Below are positions 29,769-38,927 of a stretch of 64,000 nucleotides of DNA, in pieces. The translations under genes were made by a program, and so were the position numbers. The notes under the pieces were generated by a model. That model was not told the DNA's origin and did no database searches. It saw only the letters and a list, made by a program, of their open reading frames with translations. How positions within the stretch are numbered: position 1 is the stretch's first letter; the number at the start of each line of letters is the position of its first letter. The stretch comes from Halobacteriales archaeon. Its GTDB lineage: Archaea; Halobacteriota; Halobacteria; Halobacteriales; SKSH01. The stretch is taken from contig SKSD01000010.1 in the NCBI GenBank assembly GCA_007118145.1, forward strand, positions 69,896 through 133,895. The letters run 5' to 3'.

Positions 29769-31157
29769 ATGAGTGAACTTGACCGCATTTCGTTCGGAAC
29801 AGACGGCTGGCGAGACCATCGATCGGCATTCACCGACACACGGGTTCGAGCGGTTGCATCAGCGTTTGCTGATCATCTCCACGAGCTTGATGTGGGGACT
29901 GACCGGGTTGCCATAGGGTATGATGCTCGACGTGATTCACCAGATATCGCACGGACGATCGCCGAGACGATCACTGCCTATGGATTCGATGTGTGGTTGG
30001 CATCACGTGACTGCCCCACCCCTGCCATCGCATCGGTGATCGATGAGTTCGATCTTGTCGGTGGTGTGATGGTCACCGCTTCGCACAACCCACCAGCATA
30101 TAACGGCATCAAACTGATCCCATATGGAGGTGCGCCTGCACTACCAGAGCTGACTGACGCCATCGAGGCAAACCTTGGGAGGGAGACCGAACCCGAGGGG
30201 TATCCCAGTGGTTCGACGACAAGCTTCGACTTCGTCGAACACCACGTCGAGACGGTGTTGAGCCGAGTCGACACCGCGTTGCACGATCTCACGGTCGCAT
30301 ATGATGCGATGTACGGGAGTGGCCGTGGCGTGACCGATACCGCGCTCGAACGGGCAGGTGCGAATGTCCGCCGGTTGCGGTGTGATCGAAAGGAGGACTT
30401 CGGTGGAGACGCACCGGAACCTGACGAACACCGTCTCAAGACATTGATCGAGGTGGTGACGAGCGGAGAGGCAGACCTCGGTATCGCTAATGATGGTGAT
30501 GCTGACCGCGTTGCGATCGTCACCCCCTCGGGGTTCGTCAATGCCCATCTACTGTTCGCACTGATGTATGAGGATTTACTCAAAGATGCGTCCGGTCCCG
30601 CCGTTCGCACCGTCTCGACGACGTTCCTGATCGATCGCATCGCGGAGGCACATCACGAGCAGGTCATCGAGACAGCCGTTGGGTTCAAATGGGTGGCTGC
30701 AGCAATGGCACAACACGACGCGCTCATCGGTGGTGAGGAGAGTGGTGGATTTACTGTCCGCGGCCATGTACGTGAAAAGGACGGCCCACTTGCTGCATTA
30801 CTCCTCGCTGATGCACACCATCGACGCTCGATCGATGAACGGGTAGACGATCTGTTGGATCAGTACGGTCAGATTTTCCAGGTCACAGAGAGTGTCGATT
30901 GCCCTGATGAGGAGAAAGCAACCGTGTTACACGACCTCAACGAGCAACAACCGACGCAACTCGCAGGGCGCTCGGTCGAGGCGATAAACGATACCGATGG
31001 TCTGAAATTCCTCCTCGAAGACGGGTCGTGGGTCTTGATCCGACCAAGCGGCACGGAACCGAAACTACGTGTATATGCCGAGGCAGCGAGCGAATCGTCT
31101 CTGAGGGCACTGATCGATGCAGCGACGAGTATCCTCGATAAAATCAGAGATAGTTGA
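29769..31157 (+). CDS. Phosphoglucomutase/phosphomannomutase
   Basis: FGTDGWR, TASHNP, DGDADR, GEESGG and RPSGTEP motifs. Confidence 0.94.
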   Translation: MSELDRISFGTDGWRDHRSAFTDTRVRAVASAFADHLHELDVGTDRVAIGYDARRDSPDIARTIAETITAYGFDVWLASRDCPTPAIASVIDEFDLVGGVMVTASHNPPAYNGIKLIPYGGAPALPELTDAIEANLGRETEPEGYPSGSTTSFDFVEHHVETVLSRVDTALHDLTVAYDAMYGSGRGVTDTALERAGANVRRLRCDRKEDFGGDAPEPDEHRLKTLIEVVTSGEADLGIANDGDADRVAIVTPSGFVNAHLLFALMYEDLLKDASGPAVRTVSTTFLIDRIAEAHHEQVIETAVGFKWVAAAMAQHDALIGGEESGGFTVRGHVREKDGPLAALLLADAHHRRSIDERVDDLLDQYGQIFQVTESVDCPDEEKATVLHDLNEQQPTQLAGRSVEAINDTDGLKFLLEDGSWVLIRPSGTEPKLRVYAEAASESSLRALIDAATSILDKIRDS

Positions 31158-31250
31158 GCTTGTTTTATTAGATACCGATGGTTATTGACGAAATCAAATA
31201 TTGCTTTTATCGAAAATTTATTAACCTATGATAGTACTAGATGAAGTAAG

Positions 31251-31754
31251 ATGGTTGTTGAAATTTCATACAACGGTTCCGGAAATAGCTTAATCGTCGG
31301 ATTAGAAGGGGACTATTCAATCGATGATGTACGGACCGTCGTCAATCAACTCGAGGGTGAGATGTCCATCGAGTATCTCGAACTCGTCTTACAGGTCGAT
31401 GAGGGTGTCTCACTTGCCCTCCCGGAAGAGGGTGGCGATATCGGCCTCCCGCTCGCACCGACTTCGATCTCTCGCACTGCATCGAACCTGCAGATAGATA
31501 GCGTCCCTTACCACATCGTCGAACTCCTTGCTAACTCAGATGAACCACTCCGGACAGAGGAGATCACTGACCTGCTTGATGGTATTGACCTTGAGCAGAA
31601 CGAGATTGCCTCTCGGTTATGGAACCTCTCTGAACGAGGTCTCGTCGAGAAACACCCGTATCCGGAGGACAAGAGACAGAAGGTGTACCGACTCACGACA
31701 CTTGGACAGACAGCTCTCGAACAGGCAAAGGAACGGCGAGCTGAAGAGGCATAA
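31251..31754 (+). CDS. MarR-like winged-helix regulator with unrecognised N-terminal domain
   Basis: C-terminal LWNLSERGLVEKHPYPEDKRQKVYRLTTLG wing motif. Confidence 0.7.
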   Translation: MVVEISYNGSGNSLIVGLEGDYSIDDVRTVVNQLEGEMSIEYLELVLQVDEGVSLALPEEGGDIGLPLAPTSISRTASNLQIDSVPYHIVELLANSDEPLRTEEITDLLDGIDLEQNEIASRLWNLSERGLVEKHPYPEDKRQKVYRLTTLGQTALEQAKERRAEEA

Positions 31755-31797
31755 ACTATCGTACCGTGTTCTGCTTTTCTCGCTAACGTCACTTTAC

Positions 31798-32115
31798 GGA
31801 ATTTCGAGAAGGAAAACCCGTACTTTGAGCGGGGATGCATCCGACGGCAGGGACGGTGACTACAGGGTTAGCTTGCCTGACGGTAGGTCGTGTCGTACGC
31901 ACATCCTGCGGATATTGGAGTTGGAGTGGGGTCTCCGTCAACAAAAGGCAACCCTGCGTAGGATGTTCTACTCGCCCAACGTGGGTGAGTCGGGTCGATG
32001 GCACGGCCTTGTGAGGTGAACGCGGATACCTCAGCACACCACGCCTCAAACGAGGCCCGACGGGCTTGCTGTCTTACGAAAGAATCCTCGACATTCAGGT
32101 CGGAGAGGATGTCAA
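31798..32115 (+). mobile_element. Non-autonomous IS200/IS605-derived element, copy A (no ORF; structured-RNA-like interior)
   Basis: TTAC at 31794-31797, decayed left hairpin, right end AATCCTCGAC-ATTCAG-GTCGGAGAGGATGTCAA; colinear homology to 40989-41368. Confidence 0.75.
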
Positions 32116-32143
32116 ATAGCGGACCAACCGCCCTACCGATCTC

Positions 32144-32884
32144 TCACTCTGGCTTCGGTGAGGTGATGTCACCCTGCTCGGTCAGGCGGCGCTCTGCCTC
32201 ATCTCGATCTTCGGGGAAGCCAACGTCGATTCGCCACCCCTCCATCCGGATGGCATCGATCGTCCGTCCTGAGTGGATCAGCAGATCGATTGCCTCAGAG
32301 ATCTCGTACTCACCACGGTTCGATGGCTGCACCAGATGACAGGCGTGAAATATCGCTGGGGTGAACGTGTAAAAGCCGGTCATGACGAGGTTCGTAGGTG
32401 GATCAGCCGGTTTTTCGATCACCTCAACAATCTCACCATATTCGTTCGTGTCACATACACCATACCGCGATGCCTCCTCATACGGCACCTCTTCGACGAG
32501 GAAGGCTGCATCGGCGCGATCCTCTTGCTGACGGTTGATCACATCACCCAGGTTTGCCTGGAAGATGTTGTCACCAAGCATGAGCATGAAATCGTCATCG
32601 ATGTGTTCTTCCACGGTCAACAGTGCGTGAGCCAGTCCGAGCTGATCACGTTGATGTGTGTATGTGATCGGAACGTCGTTGTAGCTATCTCCGAACCGAC
32701 TGATGATCTGTTCCTTCTCGTAACCGACGACCACGTAGATATGCTCAGCACCGAGGTCGACGATATTGTCGAAACAATAGGACAGAAGTGGTCGACCTGC
32801 CACCTCTACTAATCCTTTGGGAGTATCCGCAGTGAGTGGACGTAACCGAGTGCCCTCACCGGCAGCTAGTACCACTGCATCCAT
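32144..32884 (-). CDS. aglF: UTP--glucose-1-phosphate uridylyltransferase AglF
   Basis: LAAGEGTRLRPLT...PK, LGDN, EKP and RGEYEI; divergent from aglM. Confidence 0.88.
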   Translation of the reverse strand: MDAVVLAAGEGTRLRPLTADTPKGLVEVAGRPLLSYCFDNIVDLGAEHIYVVVGYEKEQIISRFGDSYNDVPITYTHQRDQLGLAHALLTVEEHIDDDFMLMLGDNIFQANLGDVINRQQEDRADAAFLVEEVPYEEASRYGVCDTNEYGEIVEVIEKPADPPTNLVMTGFYTFTPAIFHACHLVQPSNRGEYEISEAIDLLIHSGRTIDAIRMEGWRIDVGFPEDRDEAERRLTEQGDITSPKPE

Positions 32885-33065
32885 GCGTAGACGGTCGGTT
32901 TCAATCTACATATGTCTGTGGCTTGTGGGGTCGATGAGGTCTCACTTCACGAGTTGCTCTGAAGATATTGGATGACAGAACGCCGCAGGGTTGTCTGATG
33001 AGCATCTCAGTGACAACGAACCTATAGTGTGTGAGAACTTTGAGAGTGATATGGGTAGTGGGTCG

Positions 33066-34367
33066 ATGCACATATCGGTCGTTGGAAGTGGCTATGTCGG
33101 GACCACACTGGCTGCCTGTCTGGCCGACCTCGGTCATGAGTCGGTCGCCATTGACATCGATGAGACTACCGTCTCGCGACTAAACGCTGGCGAGTCAACG
33201 ATACATGAACCCGGGCTGGATGAGCTGTTAACCAGGCATGCCGGTGACAGGCTTCGCGCAACGGTCGATCACACAGCGGTGGTCGATACAGCGATGACAT
33301 TCTTGGCCGTCGGTACGCCGGCGAACCCTGATGGGACGATCGATGAGCGGGCATTGGTACAGGCAGCACGTGATGTCGGTGAGGCACTCCGTGCGAAGGA
33401 AACATATCACCTTGTCGTCATCAAATCGACGGTCCCACCCGACGTTATCGAGGAACAGGTTATCCCCGAACTCACCGACGCAGCGGGTAGGTCACTCGGC
33501 GAACACCTCGGTCTCGCGGTCAATCCAGAGTTCCTCAGAGAGGGTTCGGCCGTGGAAGATTTTCTCAATCCGGACAAGATCGTCCTCGGCACGACGAACG
33601 ATCCCCAGGCCACCCGTCTATTAGAGACACTCTTTCGCCCAATCGCCGAGCGCAGTGGTGCCACCATCGTCTCGACCGGGCGGGCTGAGGCCTGTCTCAT
33701 CAAATACGCCAACAATGCGTTTCTCGCAGTGAAACTCAGTTTCATCAACGATCTCGGGAACGTCTGCAAGGCATATGGGGTCGATACCTACGAGATCGCC
33801 GAGGCGATTGGTCTCGATCACCGGATCAGTCCATCGTACCTCCGATCAGGTCTTGGATGGGGTGGGTCGTGCCTCCCTAAGGATACAACAGCCCTACTGC
33901 AGGCGGCACGATCACATGGATACAACCCGCCGCTCATCGAGGCGGCGATCGAGGTGAACGAGCTTCAACCCCAGCGGATGCTCGCACTCCTTGAGCGTGA
34001 GCTCTCGATACCTGGAAAACGTATCGCTGTGTTGGGTCTCGCGTTCAAACCAGGTACGGACGATATCCGTGAAACACGTGCCATCCCGGTGATCGAAGGC
34101 CTCCTTGAACGCGATGCTGAGGTCATCGCATATGATCCAAATGCGGATGCAGTCGATGCCATGCGATCACAGTTCCCAGAGATCTCGTACGCTGATTCTG
34201 CCGAAGATGCACTGACCGGAGCTCAGGCAGCCTGCATCGTCACCGATTGGCCAGAGTTTGCTGAACTCGACTGGGCTTTTGCTGGGATGTCCCGACCGTT
34301 GGTGATCGATGGAAGGAGAATCATCGAACCCAGTGATGAGATCGAGTATCACGGTCTGACGTGGTAG
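33066..34367 (+). CDS. aglM: UDP-glucose 6-dehydrogenase AglM
   Basis: GSGYVG, KSTV, NPEFLREG, GGSCLPKD and GLAFKP motifs. Confidence 0.9.
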   Translation: MHISVVGSGYVGTTLAACLADLGHESVAIDIDETTVSRLNAGESTIHEPGLDELLTRHAGDRLRATVDHTAVVDTAMTFLAVGTPANPDGTIDERALVQAARDVGEALRAKETYHLVVIKSTVPPDVIEEQVIPELTDAAGRSLGEHLGLAVNPEFLREGSAVEDFLNPDKIVLGTTNDPQATRLLETLFRPIAERSGATIVSTGRAEACLIKYANNAFLAVKLSFINDLGNVCKAYGVDTYEIAEAIGLDHRISPSYLRSGLGWGGSCLPKDTTALLQAARSHGYNPPLIEAAIEVNELQPQRMLALLERELSIPGKRIAVLGLAFKPGTDDIRETRAIPVIEGLLERDAEVIAYDPNADAVDAMRSQFPEISYADSAEDALTGAQAACIVTDWPEFAELDWAFAGMSRPLVIDGRRIIEPSDEIEYHGLTW

Positions 34368-34390
34368 GCAGGTGACTCACCGAACTCCAT

Positions 34391-34780
34391 TCAGTATACC
34401 CTGTCTGGACTGACGAAGAATAACACTCGCTCTGAGGTGATCTGCTCCTCCTCGAACGGTTTGTCGAAATAGCGTTGTGAGAGTCGGTCGATGTGCTTAC
34501 GGGCACCTTTTGCCGTGATCTCGGTCACAGTCCCAGTCACAGCCAGGCGACGGTATGGATCGTCTGGGTCAAGCATACTGATCCCGATCTTCGGATGACG
34601 CTCAACATTTCGTGTCTTGCGGCGATGTCGCTCTGTGTTCACCAGTATCTGGTGTGAGTCGTGGTCGAAATCGATCCACACGGGCGTCACATGTGGGGCA
34701 CCATCGGGGTCGATAGTGGCAACATGAGCGAATGTTCGTCGGTCGAAAAGGTCCAGGTAATCATCCGGTATACGCGCCAT
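34391..34780 (-). CDS. PPOX-class (pyridoxamine oxidase-like, putative F420-dependent) oxidoreductase
   Basis: AHVATIDPDGAPHVTPVW...KTRNVERHPK...DPDDPY. Confidence 0.85.
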   Translation of the reverse strand: MARIPDDYLDLFDRRTFAHVATIDPDGAPHVTPVWIDFDHDSHQILVNTERHRRKTRNVERHPKIGISMLDPDDPYRRLAVTGTVTEITAKGARKHIDRLSQRYFDKPFEEEQITSERVLFFVSPDRVY

Positions 34781-34828
34781 ACCTGAGGTGTGCGTGTTCC
34801 CGGCTTTGAGGTACCGATATATCACCCG

Positions 34829-35881
34829 TTACCCCAGTGTCGCTAGCCAGCGACACAGCGCAGGCCATGCCTCACCAAACGCGACGTTGTCAGTTGCCAG
34901 ACCCAGGTGACCGGTGTCACACCGAATGAGGTTGGTCTCATCGGTCCCGACCGCGTCCAAGAGCGCACGTGTTGAATCGTTCGGGACGAAACGGTCTTGC
35001 TGACCGACCATAGCGGCGACAGGTATGTCGATCGCTGAGAGATCGACAGCCGTCCCATCGATATGGAACGTCCCCGTGACAAGCTCATCACCTCTGAATA
35101 TCTCGACCAGGGTCGCCATGGCTGTACTCGGGACGTCGACCGAGTCGCGAGACCACGATATTCGCGACCCACGTGCAGTAAATTGGGTGGTGTCAAGCAT
35201 GACATCATACAGTCTCAGGTATCGCCCAAGGAGGAACTCCGGTGGATCGACCAGTGAGAAGCCTAGCGATAGCATCGGACCTTGCAACACACCCGAGCGA
35301 GCGACCAGGTCCTCCGGTAATATCGAACTATCAATCACATCGAAGAGCCCACCCGAGGTATCGAACCCGATTGGTGCAGCCACGACCGATAACGAACCGA
35401 CCCCCCGATCTGTGACAGCAGCGTACATCGCTGCCAACGTCCCTCCTGTGCTATAGCCGATGAGGTGAACGTTCGCATGACCTGCATCCCTCGAGATAGC
35501 TCGTATCGCATTAGCCAAGAAACGATGGACGTAATCATCGATATCAAGCGATCCATCGAGTCGGGTGGGACTACCCCACTCGACGACGTACACGGGTGAG
35601 TCCCGATCAAGTAACGTTCTGATCACACTTCGGTCTGGTGTGAGGTCGAGTATCTCCGGGCGATTAAACAGTGCATAGACCAGAACGAACGGTGGTGTGT
35701 CATCGTCCGTCGGAGCACCATATCGCCGCACCTGCATCGGATGTTCCTTGTAAATCACCTCGTACGGTGTCTCTCCCGGGGTGGCAGCGACGAATTGATT
35801 GACCCGGTTCGGTAAGACTATCGACCTTGTGAGCGAGTCAGTAAGACCGGCGTGTAACTGCCAAACTGGCGACTGAACCAT
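34829..35881 (-). CDS. Class III PHA synthase (PhaC)-like alpha/beta hydrolase with Ser at the nucleophile position
   Basis: TP..VIY, VYALFNRPEILDL.PDRSVI, WG.P, elbow GYSTGG, D in QQDRFVP and H in GHLGL. Confidence 0.8.
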   Translation of the reverse strand: MVQSPVWQLHAGLTDSLTRSIVLPNRVNQFVAATPGETPYEVIYKEHPMQVRRYGAPTDDDTPPFVLVYALFNRPEILDLTPDRSVIRTLLDRDSPVYVVEWGSPTRLDGSLDIDDYVHRFLANAIRAISRDAGHANVHLIGYSTGGTLAAMYAAVTDRGVGSLSVVAAPIGFDTSGGLFDVIDSSILPEDLVARSGVLQGPMLSLGFSLVDPPEFLLGRYLRLYDVMLDTTQFTARGSRISWSRDSVDVPSTAMATLVEIFRGDELVTGTFHIDGTAVDLSAIDIPVAAMVGQQDRFVPNDSTRALLDAVGTDETNLIRCDTGHLGLATDNVAFGEAWPALCRWLATLG

Positions 35882-36000
35882 CTAGCTAATCGACGGGACC
35901 GATGTGAGATTTACCTTGCGTATTCCGCTGATGGTGTCCTGGATTTCCCACATATCAGTCCTGCGTTCAAACTGAGCTTCACATGTGTACACGACTCGAA

Positions 36001-36636
36001 TCACTCTGGTGGTGATCGCGACTCTGAGGTAAGTGAGTCCCGAATGCGCTTGACGCCAGCTTTGAAATCATCGACAATCTTCCAGCCGCCCTCATCACGA
36101 GCCGCCGATCGCAATGTCTCTTCATCGACGGTGCCTGCACGTGCGACCGTGAGCACATTGCCACCACCAGGGTCGATTACGATGGCACGCTCACCAACCT
36201 CCAGTATCTCACCCGATGTTCGACATCGATAATGTGGATCGAATCCCCCACCATCGAGCTTGATCTCACCACCATGTGTATCGACCTGTTTCGTGATTCG
36301 TCCCTCCGAGCCTCGTAGGCTGGCGACACTGCTGGTTTGCTCAGGCCGTTCAGACCCGGGGAACTCCATGTATCGGAAAATGTAGTAGATCAAGAACCCC
36401 AGCAGTGGGATGAGTGAACCGATCACCAGCGGGGTTGAGTACGGACCGATGACCATCCCGATGATACCTGCGATGGTGACCACGATACCGACGATGACGA
36501 GATTGGGATCACCGAATGCACCCGTCATGGTCAACAAAATGCCCAGCACCAACACGATGAACCCGATATCGTAGATGGTGATCTGCGCGATTGCCGTCAG
36601 GGCAACCACAGGGAGACCGATACCGGGGAGCATCAC
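36001..36636 (-). CDS. NfeD-like membrane protein (C-terminal OB fold)
   Basis: Three to four TM helices, then SLRGSEGRIT...GEIKL...VIDPGGGNVLTV. Confidence 0.75.
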   Translation of the reverse strand: MMLPGIGLPVVALTAIAQITIYDIGFIVLVLGILLTMTGAFGDPNLVIVGIVVTIAGIIGMVIGPYSTPLVIGSLIPLLGFLIYYIFRYMEFPGSERPEQTSSVASLRGSEGRITKQVDTHGGEIKLDGGGFDPHYRCRTSGEILEVGERAIVIDPGGGNVLTVARAGTVDEETLRSAARDEGGWKIVDDFKAGVKRIRDSLTSESRSPPE

Positions 36637-36753
36637 CTAGTGGTAACGGTTCGGCGTACTTGAGCGCTTCCTGCAGTCACTGATTATTATCAATATTGTT
36701 ACCAAAACTGACTTCCGCTAACGTTTACGTATCAGCCGATACAACGAACTCGC

Positions 36754-37650
36754 ATGAGTAAGACCGAGGTCCCCGGGAGTCTTGAACACGCCCTCGATCG
36801 TGTCGATCGGATCAGTCCAGCAGAGGCGTTCAAGCTCATCGGCAACGAGACGCGCCTCGATATCCTCAAGGCACTCGCCGAGGCAGACGAGCGACCAGTA
36901 TCGTTCTCAACACTCAGGAGTATGGTCGGTATGCGTGATTCAGCACAGTTCAATTACCATCTTCAGCGACTAGTCGGTCACTTCATCGAGCATACCGACG
37001 AGGGATATGACTTCAAACACGCTGGTGAGAAGGTGATACGGGCGATCGTCGCAGGGTCGTTCACCGATGACCCACGTATCGAGCCATTCGAGGTCTCGGG
37101 TGGATGTGCATCTTGTGGCGGAACACTGACCGGTGTCTATGAAGACGAGCATATCACGATCGTCTGTGACGACTGTGCTCACCGACACGGACGGTACTCG
37201 TTCCCTCCGGGGGGACTGAATGACCGTACCCTCGAGGAGATAGCCGTCGCCTTCGACAATCGGGTCAGACACCTGCACTGTCTCGCTGCAGATGGTGTCT
37301 GTCCTGAGTGTGGTGGGAGGATGCATACGAGCATTATCGAGGATACGTCGTGTTGTCTCGGCGTCTCGCTTCACGTCGATCATGAGTGTGGTCAATGTGG
37401 ACACGACATCTGCTCGGCACCGGGTTTACGTCTTCTCGACCAGTCCACCGTGGTGGCGTTTTACAAGCAACACGGAATCAAGCTGGACGAACGCCCGTAC
37501 TGGACGTTACCATGGTGTGTCTCGGATGAATACCATCGAATCGTATCACGCGATCCATTCCGTGTCGAGGTTCGTATGCCCATCGGTGGAGACGAACTCA
37601 CCGTCCTCTTGGATGAACAGTTGCACGTGATCGAGACCGACGAAGCCTAG
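36754..37650 (+). CDS. ArsR-type winged-helix regulator with multi-CxxC zinc-ribbon domain
   Basis: AFKLIGNETRLDIL...QFNYHL; CASC, CDDC, CPEC and CGQC motifs. Confidence 0.85.
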   Translation: MSKTEVPGSLEHALDRVDRISPAEAFKLIGNETRLDILKALAEADERPVSFSTLRSMVGMRDSAQFNYHLQRLVGHFIEHTDEGYDFKHAGEKVIRAIVAGSFTDDPRIEPFEVSGGCASCGGTLTGVYEDEHITIVCDDCAHRHGRYSFPPGGLNDRTLEEIAVAFDNRVRHLHCLAADGVCPECGGRMHTSIIEDTSCCLGVSLHVDHECGQCGHDICSAPGLRLLDQSTVVAFYKQHGIKLDERPYWTLPWCVSDEYHRIVSRDPFRVEVRMPIGGDELTVLLDEQLHVIETDEA

Positions 37651-37688
37651 GTCACAGAGAGGATGGATCCGTAGGTATCGCGCTCAGT

Positions 37689-37994
37689 TCAGTCACCACG
37701 TGATGTGCGCACCACTCCGAAGATCGCATCGGCGATACGATGACCCTCGTCACTCAACCGATAACCTGTATCGACTTTCTCGACGAGTTGTCCTTGGAGT
37801 CTCTTGAGATGATAGTTGAACCGACCGGGGTCATCCGCCTCGATACGGCGTGAGAGATCTGAGAAACGGACAGAATGATCCGTCGTTTGATAGAGCTCAT
37901 CGACGATACGAAACCTGGTCTCATCGCTGAGGAGGTCGAACAGTTGAACCGTCCAGTCTGGCTCCCTGTGTGACTGCGCGAGATCAGTCCTCAT
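37689..37994 (-). CDS. Stand-alone ArsR-type winged-helix protein
   Basis: LLSDETRFRIV...RFSDL...GRFNYHLKRL; similar to the N-terminus of 36754-37650. Confidence 0.8.
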   Translation of the reverse strand: MRTDLAQSHREPDWTVQLFDLLSDETRFRIVDELYQTTDHSVRFSDLSRRIEADDPGRFNYHLKRLQGQLVEKVDTGYRLSDEGHRIADAIFGVVRTSRGD

Positions 37995-38721
37995 CGAGAA
38001 CGACCTCCTCGATACTCACGTGATCCACTACCGGCATGCCTCGGTCATTTCGCGACCAGGTGAGTGTAGGAACGACCGGATACTCCTCAACACCTGCCTC
38101 GAGTTGGAGTACAGCCGACCCTTCCTTGGCGAGTCCTTTGATCAGGTGCTGTCTGACACCTCGGTCGAACTCATTCATGCCGGAGACGCCCTTGCCCGAG
38201 CGTACGGTCACCACCTCGATATCGAGACCCTCACCGGTCACACGAAGTTGGACGCGTAATGGGACCTGGTTGGCCGGATCCTTCGCCACACTGCCAAGAA
38301 ACGGGAAGATGAGGGCGGCATCCTCAGCCTCGGTGACACGTTCGATCTCCTCATCCCAGTCGGTATCATCCAGCCATCCGGTCGATCGACGGACGGTCTC
38401 GGTGACGAACTCCTCGATAGAGGCTGGATCGAACGGGTCGAACGATGGCGAGCCGGGTCGTTCTTCTCGGTCTCGACTGATATCTCGACGGAAGCGCTTG
38501 ATATCTTCAACGGCATTCTTGAGGTCCTGTTTGGCTGCTGCCACCTCTTCTCGGGGGTCGCTCGGCTCGTACCCTCGGCCCCGATCACGTCGATCTGTCT
38601 CCGGTGGCCGGAGCCCTCGATGGAGTACCTCCTCCCAGGATAAATCAAGGGCTTGCTTGCGTCGTTTCATCCGTTCGAATAACTCGTCGTCATCGATGGT
38701 GATCCGAACCTCTCGTGCCAT
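37984..38721 (-). CDS. Hypothetical protein with N-terminal ribbon-helix-helix-like domain
   Basis: EVRITIDDDELFERMKRRKQALDLSWEEVLHRGL fits a beta-alpha-alpha pattern; acidic haloarchaeal composition. Confidence 0.6.
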   Translation of the reverse strand: MAREVRITIDDDELFERMKRRKQALDLSWEEVLHRGLRPPETDRRDRGRGYEPSDPREEVAAAKQDLKNAVEDIKRFRRDISRDREERPGSPSFDPFDPASIEEFVTETVRRSTGWLDDTDWDEEIERVTEAEDAALIFPFLGSVAKDPANQVPLRVQLRVTGEGLDIEVVTVRSGKGVSGMNEFDRGVRQHLIKGLAKEGSAVLQLEAGVEEYPVVPTLTWSRNDRGMPVVDHVSIEEVVLDED

Positions 38722-38722
38722 G

Positions 38723-38785
38723 ATGTGAGTTATAATGTTAATAGTATATAAAAATACGCACTACTAACTCACATAGAACTCACAT
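38723..38785. promoter_or_regulatory. Operator: three copies of AACTCACAT flanking an AT-rich promoter
   Basis: ATGTGAGTT at 38723-38731 (inverted) and AACTCACAT at 38766-38774 and 38777-38785, around TATATAAAAA. Confidence 0.6.
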
Positions 38786-38927
38786 TATATGGCATCCAAA
38801 GTCACAAGTTGTTCAAGGGCACCGAGACTTTGGAGTCCATTCGGACTTGCTCAAAGTGTTCAGGTGGGTGCCCGGTCGCATACGCTCATTACCCAATCGT
38901 CTGGCCGGTGCACCTCCCGAAGACGTG

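Noticed and set aside
31528..32049. ORFs overlapping element A (31528-32019, 31789-32049) and element B (41015-41227, 41105-41359) as tnpB or tnpA remnants
   Set aside because: No RuvC, zinc-finger or HUH motifs, and the reading frames are not conserved between the two copies.
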